DNA from: the human T2T-CHM13v2.0 reference genome, Homo sapiens
DNA length: 64,000 bases
Direction: 5' to 3' (one strand)
Assembly (NCBI RefSeq): GCF_009914755.1
Contig: NC_060929.1
Shown here: positions 24,446 through 39,038 of the stretch, in pieces
How the letters are laid out: every line of letters begins with the position of its first letter
Numbering within the stretch: position 1 is the first letter of the stretch
Translations under genes and position numbers: made by a program
The notes under the pieces: generated by a model
Databases searched by the model: none
What the model saw: only the letters and a program-made list of their open reading frames with translations
What the model was told of the DNA's origin: nothing

Positions 24446-24635
24446 GTGAGTGGGGTCTGGCTGTGCAGTGTTGGTGGACCCTGGGAGGCTAGGGGCGCCC
24501 CGCTGGGCTGGGAAAGGATAAGGAGTGCAGGGGCAGGAGTCTGGGGTTGGGGATGGACCCCCGCGGGGACTGCGGCGCTTCGCGAAAGCGAGCCAAGCGC
24601 CTGTCCACCCTCGGTCCTGCAGGGCCGCCGCCACA

Positions 24636-24789
24636 ATGGGCCGCGAGTTTGGGAATCTGACGCGGATGCGGCATGTGATCAGCTACAGCTTGTCACCGTT
24701 CGAGCAGCGCGCCTATCCGCACGTCTTCACTAAAGGAATCCCCAATGTTCTGCGCCGCATTCGGGAGTCTTTCTTTCGCGTGGTGCCGC
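24636..24789 (+). CDS. UQCRQ: Cytochrome b-c1 complex subunit 8 (QCR8/QP-C), first coding exon
   Basis: Kozak gccgccacaATGG; [51 protein letters not shown]; donor C|gtgagt. Confidence 0.97.
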
Positions 24790-25241
24790 GTGAGTGCCTT
24801 GGGCCCGCGGGAGCGGGAGGCTGGACCCCAGCAGCAGCAGCAGTCACTGCGCCTCCCCTCTGAGCGCTGGCGGCCGGGCAGGCGCTCTGTAACTTGCCGT
24901 ACACACCTTTCTCATTGAATATTCCTGACCGCCCTTAAGCTGGTCATATTATCCTCCCCATCTTACACGGGGAAAACTGAGCTACAGAACTGAAATGACT
25001 GGCCCAAGGTCACTCGGGTGATTCCAGCATGTTCCTCTGAGGTCACCTTTATTTAGTTCTTACCAGTGGTGAAATGCTTTGTGTTAAACGTGCAGCAGAT
25101 AGTGATGATAGTTGCATGGCCTTGGATATGCTAAGAACTACTGAAGTGTATGCTTTAAAGAAGACAAGAGGACTGAGACCTTTTTTTTTCTTCTATATGT
25201 CTTATATGTGTGCTCTCTGTTTACTCTCTTAATTTTTAAAG

Positions 25242-25336
25242 AGTTTGTAGTGTTTTATCTTATCTACACATGGGGGACTGAAGAGTTCGAGAGATCCAAG
25301 AGGAAGAATCCAGCTGCCTATGAAAATGACAAATGA
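25242..25336 (+). CDS. UQCRQ: UQCRQ last coding exon
   Basis: Acceptor tttaaag|AG; (Q)[30 protein letters not shown] stop; 154+95=249 nt = 82 aa. Confidence 0.97.
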
Positions 25337-25419
25337 GCAACGCATCCGGATGACGGTTCCCTGTCTCTGAAAGACCTTTCTCTGGAAGAGGAGTCTGCAT
25401 TGTAGTGTCTCAAAGACAC

Positions 25420-25425
25420 AATAAA
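25420..25425 (+). terminator. UQCRQ: UQCRQ proximal poly(A) signal
   Basis: AATAAA 84 nt after the stop, followed by GU/U-rich tgttgtga...ttttgtg; further AATAAA at 25689 and 26577. Confidence 0.8.
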
Positions 25426-25714
25426 CTTCCTATGGTCTGCACTGTTGTGATATTACATTTTTGTGAGTAGAATCCTGTGTGACCACTAATATTCAAGTTC
25501 ATGAAGCGCCCCTCCTCAGCATGAGTCTTGAAGTTTTGCCTGGTCTCGGGTTTTGGTGAAAGAGCAGGGCTCCCCCTTTGTTCCATTATCTACAAGAAAG
25601 TAGCTGCAGGTACTCCTGCATCTAACCATTTGTGGGTGACATGGGCTATGGCGAGTGCTGGTTCTTGGCCCTCTGCTCCCATAGCAACAATAAAGTCTAC
25701 TAACTATATTGTAA

Positions 25715-27644
<1,930 letters not shown>

Positions 27645-30600
27645 TCATTATGTGATATAGGCAAGAAACCTACTTTCATGAGCCTTAAGCTTCTCACCCA
27701 TAAAATAGAAATATTATAAAGTTCTTGGGTTGTGGTGATGGTGAAATGAGTGACAAGTGTCTGGCAAGATGGTACGGGCTTAACACAGGGCAACTAACTG
27801 AGGAACTCTTCTACCTCACCCCCAAAAGACAGTCCAATTTTCCCATTTGCCTCTTTGTCCAGATTTATTCCCAGGTCTTGCAACATATTTGGGTCATAGA
27901 CTTGAGAATGATGAAAACTGTGGACCCATCCTTACCTTGCATAGCTTCAAAGAGTTCACAGCCCAGAGGAGGACCACTGCTTTGAGAGGCCGTTAATGTC
28001 TTTCTCCCTCTGGTGTTTGCCCCAACCCGCCGAAGTAGACGGCCACCCTCTCCCATCTTGCTCACCTTGTTCTACACTTAGACTGTTTCTCCCTGGTTCT
28101 TTGACTCCTTTGGAGAGACCAGCTCAAAAGATCCAAATCCCTTTTCTCAGCCCAAACCAGGCACCAAGCCTATTCTTTTTATTCCAGGAGTGCTCTACTG
28201 AGATGACTCTGCCGTAAGCCCTGTGATGTGTGGAGCTTCTGCTTTGGATGAAATTAGTCTGCTTTAAGCCTGTGTCTCATCAAAGGGCTTCCCTCTCTAA
28301 GCTTGGGGAAATGGATCTCACCTGTGTGGCAGGAGTGCTGAGGTGGTGGGTGTGTGGAATGTGGTGAGTTTTAGTAGTTCAGTGCTCCTATACATGACCT
28401 GGGATCATTTTAGGGGACATTTGCAGAAATCCTCAGAGGAGAACCTGAGTAAAACCTTTGAAGGAAAGACAGCTGCTGTGGGCTTCAGTGCTGGTAACCC
28501 ATCTGGAGCCTCCAGTCCTGGGTATGGATCCCTTACCTGCTACTCTGGCACAACCATTTGCTCCATTTAACCTTTCTTTTTCCAAATGCTCCTGCCCCCA
28601 CAAGCGTTTTTATCTATGGGCTGCAGAGTCTGATGAAAGGAATGCCCTTGCTCTTTTAGTTTGCAGGCAGTCCTCAAAATGCAGGCCTAAGGTAGGCCCA
28701 AAAGTCTATGCCAGTTCCAGCTAGCAAAAAAGCAAATACACCTTGACCTTTTGTTGAAATTTTACCTGGTAAAGTTTTTCCATTTCAGAGTCTTTCATCT
28801 TTTATTAGGCACCTCCTGCTTAGGGACAGCAAAAAGTTTCCAATTACTGCCAACTCCTAGTGATCGACCTGGAATGTGTTTCAAACAGCTGCTCATGTAG
28901 CTATACCCTCTTTCTCCCATTTCATCCTAAGCATTTGCCTCAGAAGCATAAAATCTCTTGAGAGTTGTATCCAGAGTTACCAAGCTCTCAGCTATCAAAT
29001 CTGCTTCAGTCTCATTTTCTTCTTGTAAATTAGTCATTTGAACCCCCAAACTGACAGAATAGGAGACTAAAGCCCAAAAAGGGGAAGGGCTGGCCTATGG
29101 GCAGTTGCACTCTGTAGACCCCAGGCTACTGCTTACCAGCCAAGCATTCTACCTTCTTACGGCTGCAACTGTTAAAGGCTACTTAGGCCTTTCTATTGGA
29201 TGAAGGAGCATGCAGTTACGTGTATATTCACTGAGCAAAATACTTGATTGTAGAATCCATGAAATTTTTTTTTTTTTAATTTCAAGAAGAGGCCTTCACA
29301 GTCTCTCAAGTATGGGATGGCTGTGGACAAATACTGCCAATTCAGCTAACTGCTGCCTGGATGTTGCTTTGAGTTTGATTTTTGCTCCATACTTAACTAA
29401 AACAACTAGCATTCACGTAGACATATGTTAAAATACTTTCCCCTTCCCCAACAGTGGTTCCTTCCACAGACAGTGACTAATGGTTTTTTCTTTTGGGGAG
29501 AGGGTGGCATACAACATAGAGGCTTGAACCAAAGGCCTCTGCAATGTTGTCACACTCATGAGGATGAATGGTCCTTTCCGCCTACACACAGAGGGGCAAG
29601 GGCTTCAAGCTTTCTTTCCTTGACTGTGTTATCAGCTTTACAAATTAACACCATGCTAGTTTGATCCTGCTAGAAGTACAGGAAGGCAGAAATGGAGGAT
29701 TAGGAGAATTACTCATCTTTTGGATGAACAGTTTCCAAATCCCATTTGGCACATCACTCTAGACTGGTAAAGGGGAGGCTGACACTGAGGCCACAGACCC
29801 AACTGGCTCTAGGACATCACGTTGTTCAGTCCTTTGCTTATCTAATCATTTGTGTTCTTACCCAGTGCTCACTAGGTCACCCACATAGCCACTTCCCCTC
29901 CCAGCAAAAGTTCCCAGTTTAGGCGCCTGTCTGGGATCATCCAGTATCCAAGCTTAGGGGTGAAGGGAGGGAGCAGAGAACTAGTCTCAACTGGTTCGTT
30001 GGTATATAGGTCTCTTCTCAATGTTCCTAAAGTGCATGCAGTGGCATCCCCCTCAAGGCCTGGCTCCATGATTCTGAGAGGACTAGAATCAGGACAGTCA
30101 GATCTGTGGTCACATCCTGCCCAATTCCAGCTCTGAGGTCCATCAAACCATCTGCTTCTCCCTTGGCAAGAAGCTCCCTCTGTCTGACTGGCAGCAGGGT
30201 CAGTGGCCATCCTTTTCTACCTTCAGCTGTTGCGCATCTCCTCCACGTTTTCCTGGAGTAAAGGAACAAGCAGGTTCTTATCCAAATACCCAACCTGTGA
30301 AGATGAGACGGCCCTTGGGAAGAGGTATTAGCCAAGTTTTCAGTATGATGCCCGGCAGAAAGAATTTGTTGTCTTTGTCTTAAGCTTATTATCCTCCCAG
30401 GTCATAGGAAGATCTAAAGTCCAATCAATCTCCTTACTCAGAATTCACAGCTTTCCCCTCAAACTTAAAATGCCCATGTCATTTCACGAGTACCCATAAC
30501 TACCCATCGTTTAGATACATGTCCTCCCTTGGACTAGAAATCTGCAGCAGTTCCTACTTAAACTGATGGATGCTTTGGGCTTTGGAGGTATCTCATCCCT

Positions 30601-31139
30601 ATGCCTGTTGCCCTGAAGCTGCCGGAAGGAAAGGCCCCACTCAACTACTGGGAAGAAAGCCCATAATTCAAGGCTTTTAATACAGTCACTACACAAGCTC
30701 TCCCTCTGATTTAGGAGATCTTGTTACCTCCTCATCTACATGTGCTTAAAGACAAAAAGAAACCTATAATTATTCAATTCACCTGTGGTCCAAATAAGTC
30801 TCACATCCAGCCATTCCCCTGAGAGGGCAGGAGGCCAGACTTTGAACTTTCCACAGCTGGGTCTTCATTTTACTAGTGAGATAAAGAGGTGCAGATTAGG
30901 GTGACAGTCCATCTAAGCAAGTGGACGATCTGGGGAACTGTAGGCCTTGCTGAAGCATCCTCCCACAGAAAGGAGATAAGGGCCTTATCCAATTGGCTGT
31001 ACACAATAGATCAGTGCTTCTTTCCTAGACAAGGCTGAAAGGGGCCAACATTATTTCTGAAGACTTCATTATTGGAATTCTATGGGAGTGATCTCACTGA
31101 GCTATTTTGGAATAGAAATGTGGCTAGTTGCCTGACCTC

Positions 31140-31400
31140 CCTCAATGGTTTCACGTGGCTTTCAAAGGGAAGGAAGGGCAGTGCTGACTTTTGGTAAAAT
31201 GGGCGAAAGGGTCCATGCCAGCAACACAATCACTCAAAGTCCAGATGAGGGATCAGTAAATACAACGTGCCTGAAAGGTGGCCCTTGAGCACATTCCTCC
31301 GGTAGACATTAACTTATTAAATTGATTCTGATTACAAATATAAACTTTGCCCCCATCTCACCCAGTAACAATGCAAGAGTTGATGTCAGTCTATAAAAGG
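31140..31400 (+). promoter_or_regulatory. LEAP2: LEAP2 liver/intestine-type TATA promoter
   Basis: TATAAAA 31392-31398; HNF4-type CAAAGTCCA 31235-31243 and GGGCAAAGTTTA (minus, 31341-31352); FOXA-type GTAAATA 31256-31262; ONECUT-type ATTGATT 31321-31327; CACGTG 31152-31157. Confidence 0.7.
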
Positions 31401-31451
31401 AAGTAGGAACTGTCCCTGGCTTTCAGGCTCCAACATCCTCCCCCTGTCAAG

Positions 31452-31508
31452 ATGTGGCACCTCAAACTTTGTGCAGTCCTCATGATCTTCCTGTTGCTGT
31501 TGGGCCAG
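31452..31508 (+). CDS. LEAP2: Liver-expressed antimicrobial peptide 2, exon 1 (signal peptide)
   Basis: MWHLKLCAVLMIFLLLLGQ; donor CAG|gtaagg. Confidence 0.96.
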
Positions 31509-31706
31509 GTAAGGAGGGAAGGATACTTATGTGTGTGTGTGGAGTGTGGAGATGATAGTGGTGGTGGAACTTGAAAGCTAGATTCAGTCCTGAGGAATGG
31601 TTCCTCTGTTCTGAGTCTACAGCATCTGCGGAATGGAATGATCACTCTTCCAAGGTGTGCAGCAGGGTGTCAACACTTTCATATCTGAATGTCTTTGCCC
31701 TTACAG

Positions 31707-31846
31707 ATAGATGGCTCCCCAATACCAGAAGTGAGTTCGGCAAAGAGAAGGCCACGGAGAATGACCCCATTTTGGAGAGGGGTTTCCCTCAGGCCTATTG
31801 GAGCCTCCTGCCGGGATGATTCTGAGTGTATCACAAGGCTATGCAG
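31707..31846 (+). CDS. LEAP2: LEAP2 exon 2 (propeptide, RPRR furin site, most of mature peptide)
   Basis: Acceptor ttacag|; [18 protein letters not shown]|[28 protein letters not shown]; donor AG|gtac. Confidence 0.97.
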
Positions 31847-32166
31847 GTACTCCCTGAACCTGGGAGCAGGGTTGGGCCAGAGAGCCCTGGGAAGCTGGGC
31901 AGAGGAGTGACAAGGGGACACATGAACCTAAGAATAAAGCTGGGATGGAGGAGTTCTAGACTGAGACTGGGAGCTCCATGGAAAATCCCTTAGGAGTTAG
32001 GAGCCAAGAACAGCTCTATGTGGGTACCATGAAAGAGTGGTGCCTTTCCATTCTTCAGTCTTTCCTGAGACTGGACAGATCAAGCAAAGAGGAAGGAAAT
32101 GCAGCATAGGTGGCCCTGGTCATTCCTAGACCCAGTCTTAAAAAACTACCCTTTCTTTTCCCCTAG

Positions 32167-32203
32167 AAAAAGACGCTGTTCCTTAAGTGTGGCCCAGGAA
32201 TGA
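32167..32203 (+). CDS. LEAP2: LEAP2 exon 3 (C-terminus)
   Basis: Acceptor ccctag|A; (R)KRRCSLSVAQE stop; 57+140+37=234 nt = 77 aa; 40-aa mature peptide with 4 Cys (established ghrelin receptor GHSR antagonist). Confidence 0.96.
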
Positions 32204-32434
32204 TGTACATACCAGGGAAAGAAAGGACAGCAGTCACCTCCGACAATGCTCCGTTCTATGGAATATTGATTAACTGCATTTTGGCTGGAGACACCCAAGT
32301 GAAGCAATCTTGTATTTTTAATATTTAAAGGCAGATGTACGCTTTAAATTGGTCTCCATTTCTTCTTAGAATGTTGATATATGGATAAGCATAACTAAAC
32401 TTGTCAATTTAGAGTTTATTTTTCTATGGATACT

Positions 32435-32440
32435 ATTAAA
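32435..32440 (+). terminator. LEAP2: Candidate LEAP2 poly(A) signal
   Basis: ATTAAA ~230 nt after the stop; next AATAAA at 32900. Confidence 0.5.
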
Positions 32441-32675
32441 TGTCTCAAATTGAAATTTTAGCAGTCTGGAATTCAAGCTTTTGAGGGAAAGAAGGATTCA
32501 CTTTGTATACTAAAGAAAAAAACAGCATTGCCCAATAATGTGTTAACTTCTCAATCTGGAAAGTGTAGTGAGAGCTACATAATCAATAGCTACGTAATCA
32601 ACTTCAGCAAGTTCCTAAGCTGTGGCCCTGGATCCCTTCACTCCATACTCTTCAGGGAGGTGTCAAAGGTGGTCA

Positions 32676-32852
<177 letters not shown>

Positions 32853-33159
32853 CTATGGCTGTCTGAAGATAAGGCAGAACAGAGAGAAAAATCTAGTTTA
32901 ATAAAGCAATGAAAACCTAAGCCACCAAAAGCACCAAAAGAGATTTAAGATTTCTGTTGGGACAAGGTGAATTTTGACATATGCACAAGGACCCATGGCC
33001 AGCAAGTTCAGAATTTCTGTAATCAGAAAATGAGACCTCAGCTGGTGGGAACAGACTTTTAAAGAGTAGTAACGGACCTTAAGACACAAAACAGGAATTG
33101 CATGAAAAGGGCTCAGAGTTGAAGAAATATAAAGAGTACAGTGTTCAGTAACTTTAATA

Positions 33160-36100
33160 CAGAAAATCTATTTGATATTTATTAAACTTAGTTTCTCCAA
33201 CTATGGTTTGGCATTGTACAAAGCATCTTAATGACACAGTAGAGTTAAAAAGATCTTTACAAATTGAAATGTGATACCCTTGTCTCCAAATATTTTAATT
33301 GCCATAAATTTGTTTAAAAATACACATTAAACGCATGTTTGACACTCTAAACTTTCTATACTCTCAATACCACAAAATACATATAATATACTATACAGAT
33401 GTGGAAAAATCTAGTTAGTATATAATACTTTGCTCACCATTAACAGCTTTATCGTGTGAAATGCACATACTGACTTAGAAATCCTAGCTTTTGAGCCCCA
33501 AAGTACCTCTGAAATTGTAATGTATTGCAACAAATAAAAATCACAGTATATAATTGAAATTCTGGTTGAAAATGTCAGATGCCTAAATATTTTGGATAAA
33601 AGAAATGTAAAACAAAGATTTGGTTCATGTACAAAACAAAGGCATCCTTATCAGTCACTAACAGTACCTTTCTGCAAAATCAACAGGCTTTTAATTTATC
33701 AGTGACATTATCTCCCCTCCAAAACCCTCCCCAAATATCAAACAATTATATACCAAATAATTTTAATTTCAAATAAAAGGATTTTCAATAAATATATAAG
33801 CATTTCCATCCTCCATATACAAAATTTCTTAAAACCATTCAAAACGGAGGCTAGATAGAAATTTTCATAACTGTGCTTACCAACCCCACAACTGGCCCTT
33901 AAAGGTGGTGCCTTTTCAGGCAATGTCAACTGGCCAGTTCTGTTGGTGAGCCCCCTACCCCCACCCCACCCATCCCAGTACTGTTGAATGCTCATGTTAA
34001 TGATTTGCCAGGTGTGTGCATAAAGTTGTAAAATGGGGACACTTCTGGAACACCAACAACAAACTCAACAATATGGATGATCATGGCATTGATTTGAAAG
34101 GCAGCATTTCCAAATTGATATTTTCCAGAGAGGAACATAGCAGGTAGAAAATTCCAATGGTTAAAAGCTGAAAAGAAGTCCCACATGGAAGCAGTAAGAG
34201 GTCAAAACTGAGTATCACTAGAGTTTCTGGGTGGGAGCTTTTTTATTTTTAAGAATGGCAAGTTATGTTTAGCTGAGTAACAGTGGCAAGGAGAGGTCAA
34301 TGCTGACATTCCTGAAAGTCAACTTCTTTACATGATGACTACTTAGGCTGCTATTTTAGGATACTTAAAGATCTCTAAGACTTGGATTAGACTTAACTTG
34401 AATACCTTATTCTGTGACCAAATTACATGAAAAGAAGATACATAGTTATTATTTCCATTCCCTTTTCTGGAGACAGCAAGTTCTTTCTAATTAACCATAG
34501 GGTTCATGTGAATAGGAGCTTTGTAAGACCAGCATCCACTTTACAGACTATTAATAATTTACTTTTTGTCACTTGCTAACTTGGTTTTGGGGTCTAGAGG
34601 TCTAAAGTGAATTTCTCCATTAGCGAGTATCTGAAAGACATGCTCACAAACATGAAAAATTTGGCCTCTTCTCACTACATATTCCAAGGTATTCAATAAT
34701 TATCTCTTCTATTAGTTTTACTGAATAGCAACCTTAGATGTACAGTATTATTACTGGAAAAAAAGCCTGCCTCTTCAATACATTAATGCATAAAGCTGAA
34801 ATGAAATTTATGTTCCATGTATTAGGGGATATACAGGTATGATAGGTGTCTATATGGGTTTGAAATGCTCTGTCTCCCCAAGTTACTTAGGTTTTTTAAA
34901 AAACATCATCACAAGCTGCCTAACAGTCATCCCCAGTAGATGTTCCTGGGACCCAGACACAAACTCCTATAAATCAAAATATATAATGAGGCCATACTGT
35001 TCAATTAGCAACTGGAAAATTAAAATCTTTCCCACCCTGTAAGAGCCCTACGACACTACAGAAGGGCTCAAATACATTTTAAAAGTTAATTTACTACAAA
35101 TCATAGTAATTAAGCTTTAACAATCTAAAGGAATACACATTGCACCCTTGAACATTAATATTCAAGGTGTCAACAAGAAAGTGTCTTAGATCAATTTAAT
35201 AAATAATGTGGAAATAGTTGCACTAAGCTAAAATACTAAACACACACATATTTGACAAACTAATTTCATGTTTTCATACATACATACATATATATAAAGT
35301 GTGTATGTGTACAGAATTTTAAGATCCAAAGTTGCATACCCTTACACCTAGAAGAGTGCACAGTGTACTCCTCCTCTATATAACTAGGCATCACTGACTG
35401 GAACAATCACTGGCTGCTCTGAAACTCCAGAGTACTGGCCTCTAGAGCCAGAACTTTCATTTATAACAAGTGCCTTTTGTAGGCTCTTGCTTCAGAATGC
35501 AAGCTCATTCATGAAGAAATGTACCAACGTTTCTGTCATTAAATACAAAATTATGCTGTCTGATCTGTCTGATTAAACCTTTAATGAAAAGAAACGAACA
35601 ACAATTTTTTAAAAACTAGTGAATCTAATAAAGCCAAGTGTGTCATTCAAAGTGCAGCCCAAGTGCCTATGAATCCGCCACTGCCAGAGCTCCCAGAAAC
35701 ACAGGTGTCTGTGGGCTCACGCACACTGCTCTCAATTGTTTTTACACTAGAGAATTAAATAAATGGTGGTCAACCTTCTCCACTCTTCGGCAGCTGTAGC
35801 TGTAAGTTTATCTGAAGTACTCACTGCATATAAAGTCACTTCTTGGCTACTTGCCCAGAAAAAGGTGGCACTGAGGCAAGGAATGGGCTGGATGCTCTCT
35901 AGCCAGACTGGAGCCTGGGCTGAGCTGTGGAAACTCCCCTGAAGGGGAATGCTTCCCACAGCCCAGCCCAGTCTGGCCCAGGCAAGACTACTGTGACAAC
36001 TGCAACCACTGCAATTGGTTCGTTGGTTGCTTGTAAAGAGTCTAATGGTGTATAGGCTGCTGCCTCCTGGCATACAAGTGTAGTCATAAAGAGCAGTCAA

Positions 36101-38816
36101 CAGAGTAACTGTTTAAAATAGTTGTTGTTTCTATAATTAACCATATACTAAGTACAAGTCTCAGACTAAGTTTTTAGCCACTTGTCAAATTCAGTTTTAA
36201 ATGCTTAGAAAACACTGAGGACACCTATTGAGGAGGGAGGGGGGAAGGTCACCTGTAAAGGAGTCCAAAGTATGTGCTGGAGCAGATGATGACAAAGACA
36301 GAACATCTAAGAAGATAGACATGGAGGAAAGGGAGTAGTATTTCCACACACTATGACATTGAAAATTCAATCATTTATGATAGGATTTTGATCCACTGCC
36401 CATTACTACCTTGTGGGAAAAATCCTCCACAATGAAAAGGTTGAAAAATTCATTCTCCAAAAATTGACACAGTTTTAAAGAGAAAATATTAGAGCAGCAC
36501 CATAAACCATGCAGGAAACTCTGCTTTAACAAAATATCAGTGTGACCCCAAAAATGCTCCTGCTGCCTTTCAGGACATACAAGAGACTAGAACACAAGAA
36601 CTCAGAGGTATCCCACTGGCTGTTGTTGCTGAAAGTCTGAAAGCCCAGAGGATACTTTTTCCATTTCTAAGACATCACTGCAAATTAAGGAATCCAAGTC
36701 AGAAAAATCAGAGAAGGACAAGACATAACATGTATTTGATTAACAACCATTATTTCTTACTAAATAACTATCATGATCATTGAGAAGTTGTCCTCTTATG
36801 GAAAACTGTTCCTAGAACACACTAAGATTAAGTTAGAAAGATATCAGAGGCAATTTCTCCAAGAGAAACAGGTTAAATTCAACATAATTTGTACATCTCA
36901 ATCTTCAATGACATCTAAAAACAATCTGAGGTACAAAACAGTTAAGAAGCTCTATAAATATGAGGCCACAGGGACAATGAAAGTTCACTAACTTCAAAAA
37001 TAAGTGTAAAAAAGTCTCAAACACAAAGGATTCACTGCACTACTGGACTTGAAACTTTTCTATCCCTTCTTTCCCCTTTCCTATTTCAAGCCTTAGCAAT
37101 CATCTACAAATAGTAGGATAATCTTTTTTTCTGACTGAATGGATTCATTTTTGGAATGGGGAGAGGGACAAACTATTTTTCAAAGCAGCATTACCCAACT
37201 GGTTAGACTAAGTCATGTACCAAAGCAATAGCTTTTCTGAAAGAACTAATCTTTATATGACCCTAAAGAAAGATTTAAAATGAAAGAATTGAACATTATT
37301 ATTGTAGAAGACCAATCATGTATGGACGATCTGGTCCTAGTGTAAAACTTCATTTGTAAACAATCCATAGAGTCTTCATTTAAAGGTAAGATTTAAGGCA
37401 CACCAAACATGATAGGGGCATGAAAAATAAAGTATAGAGGGTACATTTCTTATCTTAGACTTCTATATGCACCTTGTAGCAAAAGGTACTTTGATATACA
37501 ACTCTTACAGAGCCAGCTTCTTTAAGCTCTACCCCTGGCTCCCCTCCCTGTCCCAAGAGCTCACACTGAATCAAGTTAGGTACACTTTTCTAGTGTGAAA
37601 TTTTCTGATTCCATCAGAAACATACATCATTGAAGAGGGCCTTCATAATGCAAAAGGAGTAAACAGAAGATAGGTTTAAAAAGGAGAAATTCATCATCTC
37701 TACATCAGGCATTAGAACTGTAAGCTGTATAGCAAAAGCACACACCGAAGCTCCAGCCTATTTCTGTATCAGTCATTGCATGCTCATATCAGAGCATCAC
37801 AATCCAGTATGAGGGGGAAAAATCTGAAAAATAACTCTAACTATCAAAGATAATCAATTAAAGACACACAGGTGGCAATCCTCAGGAGTTGGATCATCCT
37901 TTTTTCCACAGTAACTTATTCTGTTTCGATTAAGTGTCAAATGATTAGCAACAAAAAATAACATATGGTTTTAATAAAATCCGTAACGTTCAGGATTGTC
38001 CTTTTATGAAACCCTTCAACATGAAATGCTTCTTCTAGAAAGTTTGTCCTCCCTCTTTTGTAATGCATTAAATGCAAGCTATAGTCACTGTGTGATTGCT
38101 GTAGTGTTATTAACACACATTCACAGTTTTTGAAATAATGCATACCAAATCAGACACATTTCATAGTACATACATGTAGAATGCCATTTTCTCATATTTA
38201 AGTGATTTTTTCATGTGTAGAAGAATATCCTTAATACTAACTGTAAATTCCACAATAATAAAATTGGAGTTAAGATTTCAAATATCAGGTCAGGTAGCAG
38301 GTGTAGAAAGAATATGTCCTTATTTTAGATGAACCAATTCTTACTCTTAGAACAGCTACCACAAAAAGATATTAGGTAATAAAGCTCCCAAGGTATATAA
38401 ATAAAAATGTCTACATTAAATTTATGCTAAATATTCAACAGAGTAAATTTATAGGCAGAAATAACTAAGTCTTAAACTAGCCCCAATCTGGGAACTTAAA
38501 AAAATTAAAATAAATAAAATTTCAATTCATTAGTTATGAATTGCAACTGGAATTTCAATCTTATCATAGCTCACGGAAACCATCTTATCAATGTGCTGCA
38601 GATTTAAAAGCATTTAAATAATCTTTCACATTGGAAATATTAAAGGGCCAACTGACATGATCGCTTTGGATTATCAAAAACAACAACACATGAACCAACG
38701 AGGAGAAAACTATTCCTCATTCTTAGTGTCGACTAGGTGGTATGTTATGGCAGTTTTCCTTCGTGATGTGACACAGTGTTGTGGAGAAAATCAGAGGCAA
38801 CGAGAATGTGTTCAGT
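33160..38816 (-). other. AFF4: AFF4 long 3'UTR (~5.7 kb); poly(A) signal AATAAA at 33178-33183 (minus)
   Basis: Continuous AT-rich sequence with no Alu downstream of the stop at 38817; distal tttatt on plus at 33178. Confidence 0.8.

Positions 38817-39038
<222 letters not shown>

Larger units (their letters stand above)
23950..24900. promoter_or_regulatory. CpG island / divergent promoter between GDF9 and UQCRQ
   Basis: GC- and CpG-rich; ETS/GABP(NRF-2) motifs CCGGAAGT 24342-24349 and CCGGAAAT 24385-24392, typical of respiratory-chain genes; GC box ccccgcctccc near 24087. Confidence 0.85.

Noticed and set aside
23788-24904. Overlapping Pro/Arg/Gly-rich ORFs in the CpG island
   Set aside because: Stop codons are scarce in GC-rich DNA; only 24636-24789 is recognisably coding.
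29872-30335. Minus-strand 102-112 aa ORFs upstream of LEAP2
   Set aside because: No recognisable homology or exon structure; length compatible with chance.
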